From assembly GCA_026770705.1 (NCBI GenBank), contig JANJGN010000042.1:2170001-2234000 (forward strand): a DNA stretch of 64,000 nucleotides, written 5' to 3'. The DNA comes from Isurus oxyrinchus (taxonomy: Eukaryota). Within the stretch, counting starts at the first letter, position 1. Each line of letters begins with the position of its first letter. The position numbers were made by a program, and so were the translations under genes. Positions 48,300 to 62,012 of this stretch are shown piece after piece. Under the pieces are notes generated by a model. The model was given only the letters and a program-made list of their open reading frames with translations, was not told where the DNA came from and searched no databases.

Positions 48300-48395
48300 C
48301 GACTGATAGCTGGGATGGGGTGTGAGGCTTATTTTATGAGGACAGTTTGGTCAGGCCTGGGACTGTAACCATTGGAGTTTAGAATATAGAGAGAT
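48300..48395 (+). mobile_element. CR1 fragment cut at the duplication junction
   Basis: Degenerate LIAGM..L.YEDSLVRPGL*PLEFRI*RD, homologous to LSYEERLGQQGLYSLELRRMRGD at ~11070-11137. Ends exactly where homology to 1293 begins. Confidence 0.65.
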
Positions 48396-48449
48396 GATAC
48401 CAGATACTGCGTGACACATCAGGAGAGACCACAATCATTAGAAAGTTAG
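48396..48449 (-). pseudogene. Stub of the GPCR pseudo-exon 2 (copy of 1293-1368 with a 22-nt deletion)
   Basis: Same acceptor and ANFLMIV. Lacks tattcctctggaaaagatcaca, which lies between caca microhomologies in copy A. Confidence 0.85.
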
Positions 48450-48453
48450 CTGT

Positions 48454-48496
<43 letters not shown>

Positions 48497-50194
48497 AGAA
48501 CAGAATTAGTGCCGAAACTCTCAGCTACACCTGCAGTTTGGTGGGAGAATGGTATGGAATTTGCATCATGAATACTTGATTCAACGCTGGAACTGATTAA
48601 TTTAGCAAAGTAGTACGGCTGGTTTTTTTTATTAATATTGTCCCAAATAAATTGGAACTTGGAACATGAAATAACGCAAAACACTTATTTTCTGATTCTT
48701 GTAAAGTTTATGTAATCTAGAAGTAGAAGGAATTGAACAAGACTAACGTATTAAATTGACAAAAGGGCAGCCTGAAGATGGCATAACGTACAGATAATAA
48801 ATCAATACATTTACTCGTTTAAAATGCGGTAAATAATAACGTTATGAAATGTTATGGAACCGCTATAATAGTTAAAGCAATAGAATGACAGGAAATAAGA
48901 TATGGATAATAACTCATTCCAAATAAATAAATGAGGGAACCACGGGACGATGGAAAATAAAGTTTAGCGAACGCCATTGATTCAATTCGGGTTTTGTTCC
49001 TGTGGAAACAGGGCAAAGAGCATGAGCGGTTTTTTTGCAGCTCAATGATTGCTGTAGTGCGAGATTAGTTCTCGCATTATTAGTGAAGCTTTTCAATTGA
49101 AGAAGCAGAAAGACCTCCACTGATTAAAAGTGCGACAGAGCAGATAGTGCTGTCCTTCCTCAGGAGTATGCAGCTAGGTTAGGAACTCGAGATCGGGAGT
49201 AGGGCTCAAACCCAAGGCTTGACCACTGATATTTCAAAATTTAGATCCCCGAAATAAAGTAGCTATGAGCATAATAAATGCCAGCTCCGATGGGTATCAC
49301 ACAGCCTTGACAACAAAATGCATTTTAGGAGAATTGAATGGAGCAGTTAATAGTAGCAACAGAGTAAAAAAAAAAAGTCTTCATAACTGTTCATCGATTG
49401 CAACCATTTGATAAATTTACGAATAAACATGTGGAGGGAAAAAAAAATATAGAAAAATACATACCACTAATATTTATGGTTTTCTGCCAATTGGAAAATA
49501 TGCTGATCCCTAATGGCTAAGCTCAAAGCGCCACAAAAAACACCCTTCCATAAATTATATTCCTTCTCCCACATTGCTCATTCAGTTATCCAACAACAAC
49601 CCTTCGCAATGTCCTCTTCTTAACCAAAATATTTACTGTGCCACATGGCTTATTTTCGGCAGCAATTTGGATACGAAACTTACTGTTGCCTCATTTTTTA
49701 ACCTCCTAAATGCGGTGAAAAGCTGAGACCCAAATACAAATCGTGCGAATCAGCTGTCACCCCCTGTCAGTTGAACTGTATTCACAGTATCCATCAACAA
49801 ATTAGATGAACATTGCATATACCACAGCCATCGTGACTTAAATTTACATCGATATCACTGTAAATTAACATCTAGGCAAGTACAATAAACGACCTGTTTA
49901 ACTAAGAAATTCAAGAAATAATGACATTAATGAAGTAACAATTAAACTACATTGTGCAGCATTTGTATCATTGCCAAAAAGTCCGTCAACACACGACACA
50001 GAAATCGCGGGAACACATTAAGCAATCTTGAATCTTTTACTGTTGGAGGACAGCCAAACATCCGGTAGAAGCTAGACAGTAAACATCTGACCCTCAAGCC
50101 TTCACAGTTAAACAAAGATTGAAAAGACCTAATTCCGGAAAAAAATACATAGAATACAATGAATTCAGATTTAGAATGTTTCTGTCTCGTCTTT

Positions 50195-50352
50195 TGAGTG
50201 GCTCAGAAAACTGACTGGAAAATAAACAGCCGAACACAGGCTTAATACCAGTGCAATGATAATAACATGGAGATCTGTCACCGCCATGGATACTGCGTAT
50301 CTGGAAAGACCACATCTTCCTCGGGAACGGATCACGATGGTCAGAAAGTTAG
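50195..50352 (-). pseudogene. Truncated GPR139-like exon 2 (copy of 3110-3267)
   Basis: Near-identical to 3110-3267. Confidence 0.85.
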
Positions 50353-53300
50353 CTGCAAGCGAGAGAGAGAGAGAGAGAGAAAGAGATGAGAGAGAAGGGA
50401 AGAATTAGTGCTGAATCTCCCAGCTACAACGTCCGTTTGGCGAGAGAATGGTATGGCACATGGGCCATCGATACTTCATTCAACGCTGGAACTGATTAGT
50501 TTACCAATGCATTAATTCTGGTCCATTTTTTATTTATATTGTCTCAGATAAAGTGGAAGTCGGAATATAAAATGACACAAAACTGTTACTTTCCGATTCA
50601 TGTACATTTTATGTAATCTAGAAGGAGAAGGAATTGATCTTCACTAACGTATTAAATTGGCAAAAGGACAACCTGAAAATGGCATAAAAATACAGATAAA
50701 AGCTCAATACATTTATTCATTTATAAATACAGTAAATAATAACGTTATGAAACTTTAAATCACTATAATGAAGAAACCAATCGAATGACAGGAAATAAGG
50801 TATGGGTAATAACGAAATCCTAATAAATATCAGAAGGAACCAATGTACGTTGAAAAAGAAAATCTAAGCGAACACCATTGATTCAACCTGGGTTTTGTCC
50901 CTGTGGAAGCAAGACAAAGCGCATCAAAGGCGTTTTTTCAGTTCAGTGACTGCTGTACTGGGAGATTAGGTCTCGCAGCAGTAGTGAGGATTTTCAACTG
51001 ATAAAGCAGAAAGACCTCGGTTTACAGCCTCGTCGGAAGGATCACAGAGTAGATAGTGCTGGACTTCCTCAGGGGCATGGAGCTGGGCTACAGACACCAG
51101 TTCGGAAGTAGGGAACAAACCCAGGGCTTTCCGAATGAACACTGAGATTTCAAAATTTAGTTGAACTAAATAAAGTGGCTACGAATATAATTATTTCCGG
51201 CTCCGAAGGATATCACACAGCCTTGAAAACAAAGTGCCTTTAAAGAGAATTGAATGCAGTTGTTAACAGCAGCAACGAAGTTAAAAATGGTCTTCATAAC
51301 AGTTCATCGACTGCAATGATTGATGTTAAAGTTACGCAATGCAAATCGAACACCAATAATCAAGTGGCGGGTGAACAAAAACATGGAAAATACTTACCAC
51401 TATCATTTATAGTTTCACGCTAATTAGAAAATATGGTGACGTGCAATGGTTAAGCTTAAAGCGCCAGAGAAAAATACCTTTCCACAAATGGTATTCCTTC
51501 TCCCACAGTTTGCTCATTCAGTTATCCAACAACAACCCTTCGCAATGTTCTGTTCTTCTCTAAACTATTTACTGTACCACATGGCTTATTTTCGGCAGCA
51601 ATTTGGATACGAAACTTACTGTTGCTTCATTTTGATCCTTCTAAATGCGGTGAAAAGCTGAGGCCCACATACAAATCCTGCGAATCAGCTGTCACTCCCT
51701 GTCAAGTCAACTGTATTTGCATGATCCATCAACAAATTAGATGAGCTTTGTACACACCGCAACCATCGTGAGTTAAATTTACATCGATATCAATGTAAAA
51801 TTAACATCTAAGCATGTAAAATAAATGACCCGTTTAATGAAGAAATTGAGGTGTAAATTACAATATTGAAGTAACAATTAAACTATATTATGCAGCAACC
51901 GTATCATTGCCAATAATCCTGTCAACACAAGAAACAGAATGCCTGGGAACTCATAAATCAACCTTCATGCGTTCCTTAAAACGTTGCACCCAAGCAACTT
52001 TACGATTGGTAACTGGGAACATATTTTCTGCTGTCTACCTTATCTCAACCCGTTTAATCTAGGAAGTTTCTACCAAACATCTCATCAATTCCCTTTCCTC
52101 CGATGAGAACAACCCAAGCTCCACTCACAGAATATTGCTGCCAAGGAGCTGCATCCCTGTTAACATTCGAGTAAATCTCCTCTACACTGCATAAAGGACA
52201 CAAACATTTTACCTGGTGCATGGTGACCAGAAACGGACGCAGCAATTTAATTATGGTCTAACCAGAGTGTAAATTGTTTCAGCACAGCTTCCTCGTATTT
52301 ATGCTCACTTTCTCGATTTATGAACTCGAAAATTCCAAAGCCTGTTGTAACGATACTTTCAACATGTCATGGCACCTTTGAATATCAATTCACATGGACC
52401 CTCAGGTCCCTCTGTCCTTACGCACTGTTTAGAACCTTAACATTAAATGGATGTTGTTCCTCACTGGCCATTTTACTAAATCTAGCATTTCCTGGGTTAA
52501 GTCCCATCTGCCACTTTGATTCAGATGCTGTAGACTTTTGAAATCGGAAGTCCTCTTCCTAACTGTTTCCAACATTCTGATATGTCAGAGTTCTCGTAGT
52601 ATTGTCTATGAAAAAGGTTAAATGTTGCGTTTCCAGTTTTATCTGAAACTAGCATTGCCTTCTTCATCTTGTTTCGCGCTTTTATTTCAATAATTGGGCG
52701 AGCACAGGCTTGGCTAATTTAGTTTAAATTATTCGCAACTACACTAGCTGTGCAACATTACTGGTCACAGCTCTGTTGTTTTGCATACCGTCCCTATTGA
52801 ACAAGTGCCTCCAGCTGATTACTCCCCCCCCCCACCCCACAAGACCAGCCTCTCCCCTTCCCATACTTCCCTGAAGAATCAGTGCTGCTCCATGCTGAAT
52901 GCCATTTGCAGGACAGACTAAGAGTTGCAAGGTCGCAGAATGATCTCAGGGGGCTTCAGTGTCCATCACCAAGCGTGTCTCCGAAGCACCAATAAAAATT
53001 GACCTGGCTGCATGCCTATGGACGTTGCCTGTAGGAGGTGGTGAGAGAGCCAAAGAGAGGGAAGAACACACCTTACCTGATCATAAGTAAACTACCGGTA
53101 GCAGATGTAGATGCACCTGTCCACCATAGTATTGGGAGAAGCCTCCAGTACGCATTCTATGTAAACTTGAAAACTGTCACACTGTCATGCTGTGTGGCGC
53201 TACCATTGTGCTAAATCAAATCAAGAAAATTAAAGTCGGATTTCCATTAGGTGCAGTGAGCCATCAGCAGCTATAGCATTGAATCAAATGTTAGTTTGTA

Positions 53301-56199
53301 AACTCACGGCCCGTTATATCCCTCACTTGGACATTACGAACATATGAAGCGATCAATTCTGATAAAGTGAATGGTGTCGGACAGCATGCCAGGGCCTGCA
53401 CCCACCGGACCTAAAAAGGAGGTTTCGACCTGGTGAAGCAAAAAAAAACAGAAACCTGTGCAATCCAAGCAACTGAAAAAGCATGTGATTGACAGCACTA
53501 AGATATCCCACAAAGAATTGGTCAAACCAAAGATCTGCAAGCCTTCCACATCCAATCATGAATAGCGGTGGACAATAGAAGAATAAAGAGAAAGAGGGTA
53601 TTCCACGAACATCCCTAACCCTAAAGATGGGTGAGTCCAGCATATCGGTGCAAAAAGAGATGGCTGAAGGATTTTAATCCACATTCAGCCAGAACTTCCG
53701 AGTGGAAGATCCATCTCAGACTCCTCCTGAGGTCTCTATCGTCCCAGGGTTCTGTCCTCACCCAATTCGATTGTTTCCATTTAATATTAAAGACGATTGA
53801 GTACAAAATATGCCACAAAGGCAACGGGCCCGATAAAAGAGCCGCCTGTAGAATTGAAGATTAGTGCTTCAGAATGAGCCGACTCTATTTCCGACTTCTG
53901 CACATCTGAGAAAGCTGGCAATGACTCAAACAATTGGAAGCTGCCAAAATATGGCCTGTCCAGAAAAGGAAGGAAAAATCCATTCCGGTCAAATATCGCC
54001 ACATTAGTCTACATTGCATTACAAGCAAAGTGATGGAAAGTCTCCCCATTTTTGTTAATGGTTGGTCGAAATCATTCATGTGAATGGCGCTGTGCTTCAC
54101 GAAGAGTTTCGTGGTATCTTTGTAATGTTTCCCTGTCCTTCCCTGGAACGTTGGCCACTTAAGTGATGGAAAATTTGGAGCATGTGGTGTGGGGTCGATT
54201 TCCTTGAGGCATGAGCATAAATTTAAAATTAATAATAGTTCATTGCAGTATTAATGGAGAGCTGCGCTGATTGAAGTTCGGTCAATCGGGTGGCATCTAA
54301 AACTTAAGCCATTTTCACGATCCCAGGTGCATGCAAGAAACATCATGTGGAGAATTTGGCTTGGAGGCGCTTTATATGAATTAAAAATATCCCTATTTTT
54401 GCCCATAGCTTCGGTCACATTGAGCAAAACGGTGTTGCTGTGGACTGTGCGTTGACCCAAGTAATTTATTAATACTGAAACATACATAGAAGTATCGGAG
54501 TGCATGTGCTTAAAAGTACCAAGATTGGTCAAAGGGGAATATGATATTCTAACGATAATAGAAATCTGCCACAATATGTGGGGTGATTGAAAGTTTCATA
54601 TTCCTGTTTGCAATGCATTTTTGAATAATTCATTTTAACTCTTTGCAACGTAAACGTCTCTCATCTTCCCACTGTTCTGCGTCCGATGGAACATCCCAGG
54701 TAGCGTGGCAGCTCAAGTGCGATTTATCAGCTCCCAGCAGTTGGGTTATGTGTTTGATATGAGGAAGACATTCTTACTAGGACTGCAATATTGTCTCCAC
54801 TCAATACTGATACCACCTTTTCTATTTATCCCTGCAATATGGCCCTAGGTGGCAAGGTCAATCTTTATTGCGAATTGCTAATTTTCTTTAGAATTTCGTG
54901 GTGAGCTGCCTTCTTGAGCCCCTTCAGTCCATGTGCGCTATCTTCATCCATAATACTGCAAGGCAGGAAGTTTCACAGTTTGACCAAGTGATGAAAAATA
55001 TTTTCAAGTTTCGAGCGTTAGTGAGATGCAGCTGCTGGTGTTTCTGTGCCTGTTACCTTTGTTTTTCAACACAGTAAAACCCGGACTTTGGAAGGTGCAG
55101 TTACAGAATACTGATAACTTGATTTTTTTACCCCATGGGATGTGGGCATCGATCAGAAGGCCATAATTGTTATCAACTTGAGCGCAGTTAAGAGGCAGAC
55201 ATTTTACCGTGGGTCTGCAGCCGCATGTAGGCCAGATCGGTTAAGGACGGCACATTGTCTTCCCTAAAGGACATTCGTGAAGCAGATGGGTGTTTGTAAC
55301 AATCGATGACCGTTTTTTGTGGGCACAGTTACCGAGACAAGCTTGATAATCTAGTCGCATTAAATGAATTAGCTGCCATGTTATGATTTAAAACAATGTC
55401 ACAATGGTATGTGCCTCGGCCTCAGGATCACCCTATCACGCTGCCCCGAATGTTGACGTAGGGGGTTCGACTATCGCAATTACATTAAATTCCAAGGGGA
55501 AGATGTTTGACGTCCTCATCCTTGAATTGGTAACATTCTGCTGTATCCTTACTGAATACATTCTGCACACCTGGATCCCTTGTTACAGGTTAGAATCAGA
55601 AAATGCTGTTCATTGTCACGATAAACATATAATACTGCTGAAAAAGACCAGTCCAGAATAGTAGATATTGCTCACAACTGGACCTGCACACACTGAATGT
55701 AACCGTACTGAAGAAGCAATGTGCACACTAAACCTAACTACGATGATTTTAAAGAGATCTCATTGCTTGCAATACTGATGATTTGGGATTGTTAACATTG
55801 AATCGAATGAGGTTGAACTGGAGCAGCCCACGCCAGAAGTAACAGTGTATAACTGAACCAGTCCCCTTTGAACACCGGTGTCGAGAAATGAGATGTGGAC
55901 GTTGAGAATTACTGTGCAGACCTGAGTCATTTCACGCTCACTATGGACCAGCAGGCCCCATCTCTGTGGAAAACAATCATACATAAATTGAGCTTTTCAC
56001 ACTTGAAGGAAACCATGTCGATGAAATCAGTGCGATAGTGAGAGAGGGATATTGGCTTAGAAAATCTAAATGTAGATTCAACTTGGGTGGAGCTAAGAAG
56101 CAACAATGAGTGGAAAAGATCACTTATCTGCAGACCTCCAGACAGCAGTGTCGACATAGGGGACGGCATAAAATAGGAACTTGGACTTGCATGTAACAA

Positions 56200-58600
56200 G
56201 GGTGCTCCAGAAATCATGGATGACTTTTAACTACATATAGAGTGTGCAAACCAAAATAGCAATTACAATGGCGAATAGATTCCTGTAGTGTTTACGAAAT
56301 GTTTTTTTTTTCAGACTCGTATGTTGAGGAACGGACTGGGGATCAGGCTATCCTAGATTTGGTATAGTGAAATGAGAAGCACTTAAATCATAATCTTGTT
56401 GTGTTGGGTCCTTCGGGGAACAGTGACCAACATGATAGAATTCTTCATTGGAATGGAAAGTGAAGTAGTCTGGTCTGAAACGAGGGTGCTAAATCTAACA
56501 AAGGAATCGACAAAGGTAGGAGATTTGAGTTGGCTAAGATCGATTGGAGTACTTTATTAAAAGGAAAGATGGTGCGTAGACAACGTCCAATGATTAACGA
56601 AAGTGTGCATACATTTCAAAAGTTATACTTTATTTTCTTGCCCAAAAGAACAAGACAGGAAAAACGGCCCCACCATGGGTAACAAAATAAATTAAGGATA
56701 GCTTTAGATCTAAAGAGAGTTCATGTGAAGATGTTAGAAACATTAGCAAGCCTGAGGATTGGGAACAGTTTAGAACTCAGCAAAGGACGACCAAGAGTTC
56801 GAATAAGGGGGGAAAATATTGGATGAGGGTAAACTTGCAAGTAACATAAAAGTGGTCATTAAAAGCATCTATAAATATATTTATTAAAAAACCTCAGTCT
56901 GAAACGGGAGCATTTATAATAGAACAATTACTTTAGCTCTGTCTTCACTTAGGGAGATATAAATAACTTCACAGAAATACGAAGGAACCTCGGGTCTATT
57001 GAGAAGGAAGAATTCAACGAAATTAATGTTACAAACACAGTTGTGCTGGAGGAAGTAATCGGACTGAAAGCCAATCAATCCCCAAGGCCTGATAATATAC
57101 ATCTTGGGGTACTCAAGGATGTGGCCATGTAAATAGTGAGTGTAGTGGTTGTCATCTTCCAAAATTATGTAGATTCTGCAACAGTACCGGCAGATTGCAG
57201 CGTGTTAATTATAACCCCGGTATTTAAAAAAAAAATGAGTGAGGGAGAAAACAACGAATTACAGACCAGTCAGCCGAACCTCAATAGTAGGGAAAATGCT
57301 AGAGTCTATTGTAGAGTATGTGATAACAGGGCACTTGAAAAATATCAATAGGATGAGACAATGTCAACATGTATCCATCAGGGGAAATCATGTTTAACAA
57401 TCCTTATGGAGTTTTTAAGGACATAACCTGCAAAAAAGGTAAGGGAGAACCAGTGGCTGTGATGTATTTGGAATATCAGAAAGTCTTTGACAAAGACCCA
57501 CATAAAAGGTTAGCGTGTAAAATTAAAGACAGGAAAGAGAGCAGGAATAAGTGGGTCTTCTTTGGCGTGGCAGGCGGTGACGAGTGGACTAGCAGGGATC
57601 AGTGCTTTGGCCCGAGCTATTTACAATATATATAAATATATGTATATATATATAATATATATATATCAATGATTTACATGACGCAACAAAAGGAAAAATT
57701 TCCAATTTTTGATGACACGAAACTTGGTGAGGATGTGAGCGATGAGGCGAGTGTTCAGACGCTTCAAGGCGACTTACGCAGGTTCAGTGATTGGGAAAAT
57801 AAGTGTGAAGTTATCTACTATGGCAGGAAAAGCATATTAGCATAATATTATTTAACTGGTGATAAATTTGGAAATGTTGATGTGCAAAGGGACCGAGATG
57901 CCCTTGCGCAGCAATCACTGAAAGCAAGCATGCTGGTGCAGCAAGCACTTAAGGACGTAAATGGTACGTTGACCTTTATTGCGATAGGATTTGAGAGCAG
58001 CAGCAACGATGTCTTACTGCAGCGGTGCATGGTCATTGTGAGATCACACCTGGAGTAGAGTGTGCAGTTCCGGTCTCCTTATCTAAGAAAGGATATATTT
58101 GCCGCAGAGGGAGTTCAGCAAAGGTCCGCCACGCTGATCTCTGGGCTGGTAGAATTGTCATATGAGGGGAGATTGGGCCGGCAAGGCCTTTATTCATTGG
58201 AGCTCAGAAGAATGAGAGGCGATCCCACTGAAACATATGAAACTCTGACAGGGATCTACAGGCTGGTGCAGGGATGATATTTCCTCTGACTCGGGCGTCT
58301 AGAACAAGGGGTCACAGACTCAGGATACGGGTTAGACCATTTAGGACTGAAATGACGAGAAAGGTCTTCAATCAGAAGGTGGCGAACCTGCGGAATTCTC
58401 TAGCACAGAGAGCTGTGGAGGTCAAGTCACTGCATATATTGAAAAAGTAAATAAATAGACTTCTAGCCTTCAAATGCATCAAGGGGTATGGGGAGAGTGC
58501 AGGACTAAGGCGTTGAGATAGAGGATCAGCCATCATCAAACTGAATGGCGGAGCAAGCTCGAAGGGCTCGAAGGAGTAATCCTACTCCTATTTTCAATAT
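56200..58600 (+). mobile_element. CR1-type LINE relic (copy of 9130-11515)
   Basis: Near-identical, with a longer (TA)n tract at ~57626-57667. Confidence 0.9.
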
Positions 58601-59656
58601 TTCGGTGGATAATGCTTTTCCGGACACTGAAAGGAAGCATGAGGAATTAACTATCTGCGCAAGATTTATAACACTGCTTCACATGTGCACATTGAAGATA
58701 GTAGTTAAAATGGGGCCTGTCCATATTCAATGCAAGATGACTGACCTGGGCCTTTGCAGACTTAGTGCAGCCGTGCATAATCTCGCCTGGCGACACGGAA
58801 AGCGATTTACGGGAAAAGGACGTGCACACTTACCCTTCCTTATCCGTCATGAATGAATGTAACGTGGCAGAAATGGAGCCTCGACACATCACATAACCAT
58901 ACCGAACTGGAACGGTCCACATTACCTAGAATCGTGCTCAACTGGACCTCCGTTTACGGAGTTTAAGCGTACTCTCTATAATTATGCATAATTAACGCAT
59001 AAGCGCTTGATTGCATCTGATCAAGTAAAACGTAGCCGTTCACAGCTACACAACTGTGCACAATCACTACAGCTGGGTTTGACATGTCTGCAATGAATTT
59101 AACTCATGTGGAATAATCCACAATGCAAGAAGCCGTACACAAGATTTGAGTACTTTAAAGCTAAATAAAGGTGATGAGTTGAACATTTCCATACCAAATG
59201 CGAACAGAATGAGATAAAAAATGCTGGAAATACGCAATAGACCGTTCAGCATCTGTGGAGAGAAAACGGTAAAAGGTTCAGATCCATGACTTTACATCGA
59301 AGTTGGGGAATAGGGAGCAATGGAAGAGTTCTTGTTTTCACTATAGCGGCGGGAAACGGTTGTGGTAAAGGGCAGATGATAAAGAAACATCAATGTAGGT
59401 TTGTGTTAATGTGGAAGACAGAAGGGCACTTTGTGAGGATGTTCCTCCAGAACAATGTCAGTGACCTTGAAGAGCTTTCTACTCCGTCAAAACAAAAATA
59501 ATTTCCTGTCAGCTGCAGCACGACCATCTTTGTTTCAATTAGCGTAATTATTGCAAAAGATCAAAGCGTGTAATTGTCTCCCTGGAGGCTGGCGTGAGAT
59601 ATATATGTGACTGTCTTTAGTTGTGGTGCAGAACACACTCGCAGCTGGTGACAGAA

Positions 59657-62012
59657 ATGCACGGATTGCCAAAAGGTCTTATTTTCATCATATATTATCC
59701 CGTCATTGCAGCGATCGGGATTCCAGGTTAAGTATTTTGGTTTGCTATCCTGTTGAAATCATTGTTTAATCACTTCTCTTTGGTTTGCTTTCATTTTAGT
59801 GAATCATTGTTCGTATTTAGGAGCTTTGCTTCTGCATGGTACGATATTCTTTCTCCCATTAAACAGGACAATCTATCAACATTACGGCGACATCGTCCCA
59901 ATTTATCACGTTAGACAATGTCACTTTTTTCCACTTCAAGGGAAATGCTTAATTTAATTCTCCATTTTAGCAACACAATTGTTTTCTTTTACTGACATGA
60001 TTAGTCATCATCACATGTCGAGTCGCTCAAGTTTGTCTGTGTCATTTCTTCCGTTGGACATAGTTTCTCCCCAATGCAAGAATAATAGTTCAGCAGTAAC
60101 AATGCACTATCTTCCCTGAGCTAGTAACATTTAGTCAGTTTAATTGGACACTTTCATCTGTTTACCGCCACCGTTCGAGGTTTTAGATGTTCTTTTATTT
60201 TATTCTTGGTATGTTTAAAAAGCGTAATGTATAACGCTGTTACCACTGAGGAAATGTTTTTCTATTGTTTCAACGGCATTGTCATCGTGGGTGAATTATT
60301 ACAGAGGAACTGTATCTGTATTATGCACCATCTCATTCTTTTCCCTTTAACCTTTCGTTGGAATATGAACAGTATTTATCTGATAAATCTGTGCAGAATA
60401 TTAAATGACTGGCCCAGGGTTTCTTACCTTAGCGGAAACCTGGCACCCTGGGCAGCGAAGAATTCTCAGGGAGCTGAAGTTGGGCTTTAATCCAGGACGT
60501 TTTGACTCTAAAGCTTGACGTCTTTCAATTTAAAAGCAACTGAACCTTAAACTGTGAGTGGATTTCCACCCTGCTGTGAAGGACAGTTGTGTTTGCTGCA
60601 CGTCATCATAACTCAGGAGTTCTAGTTACCCTTTATTTCCTTCCAAAGGAGTTTTTTTTTTCCATTCTTTCTGTTCTCATTTGCTGGATTATGCCCACAA
60701 GAGTAACACTTTGTATTTAATTCCATTCAACGCCATCTACTCAGTTTCTGTCAAATTCTTAGGTCGATTTAGCATTGTGTACCTTTCTTTTTCCAATGTC
60801 CTAGCCTGTTCTTCTCTAAACAACAAGCAAGAGGATACTTGATTGTTTTTCATTTAACTGAGTAACAATGCAGCAACTTGAATATTCACTATAGGACTGA
60901 GCCCGCATTCCTCCTGTAAATCAGCACAGTATTGACAATTTGCTGCATTTTGGAAAGAGTCTTTCTTTCTCCGCTGGAGCATATAAGTCATAGGACTGAA
61001 ATGGGAACATTGCTCTCTTTTCATGACCAATGCTGTATTTGTGAGTTTCTCAACATTTTCTGTTCTATATTCATTTGTCCCCACCGCAAACTTACTGGTT
61101 ATATTCCTCTCCCACAGCTAATTTGGCAGTAATTGCGATCCTGTCTCGAGGAAGATGCGGTCTCACTGGATGTATCACATACTACCTGATGTCCATGGCC
61201 GTGACGGATCTCCTGATCATGATCCTTGCTGTGATGTTAAACCGGATTGTAGGTACATATCTCCCATTCAGTTTCCTCTCCATCACTCCGGCCTTTGCTC
61301 TCAGTCTTGTGTTCATATATGGCGTCAGGGATTCTTCTGTCTGGGTGACAGTTGCTTTCACCTTTGATCGATTTGTAGCCATTGGTTGTCAGCAGCTGAA
61401 AACCAAATATTGCACCACGAAATCAGCAGCTGTGGTCATAGGAACTGTCTGCGTTGTGCATTGTGCTAAAAGAATACCCTTGTACTTTGCTTGTGAACCT
61501 TCTGTTATCACGGACAATACACCCTGGTACTGCAAACTAAAGCCAATATATTATTTGTCACCCGGATGGGTGGCATATGACAGCATAAATGCCGTTTTAA
61601 CCCCTTGTCTCCCATTCGTTCTTATTTTGCTGCTCAATGTTCTGACGGTCAGGCACATTGTTGTGGCCAGTCGAGCCCGCAGAAGACTCCGAGCGCACAG
61701 CAAGAGCGAGAAACAAAGCGACCCAGAGATGGAGAAGAGGAGAAAGTCCATCGTTTTACTCTTTGCCATCTCGGGAAGTTTCATCCTGTTATATTTCCTC
61801 GCTCTTATAACTTTCCTCTACGCACGAATTGCCAGCGTTAGTTATTTCGATGGCTCGAATTTCAATCAATCAAATGTTATACTGGAGGAATGTAGCTTTT
61901 AAGTTCCTGCATCAACCCCATTATTTAGGCAGGTACCCAGAGTAAATTCAGAAAGGAGTTAAAGAATGGTGTGAAATATCCATTGCGTCTGATTGTTAAA
62001 TTTTTTAAATGA
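59657..62012 (+). pseudogene. GPR139-like GPCR gene B (duplicate of A): exon 1 59657-59726, exon 2 61118-62012
   Basis: Exon 1 coding sequence matches gene A. A 13-nt deletion after 61893 shifts the frame at the start of TM7 (stop at 61900-61902), and TAT>TAG at 61926-61928 hits the NPxxY tyrosine. Retains the ancestral tail ELKNGVKYPLRLIVKFFK*. Confidence 0.92.
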
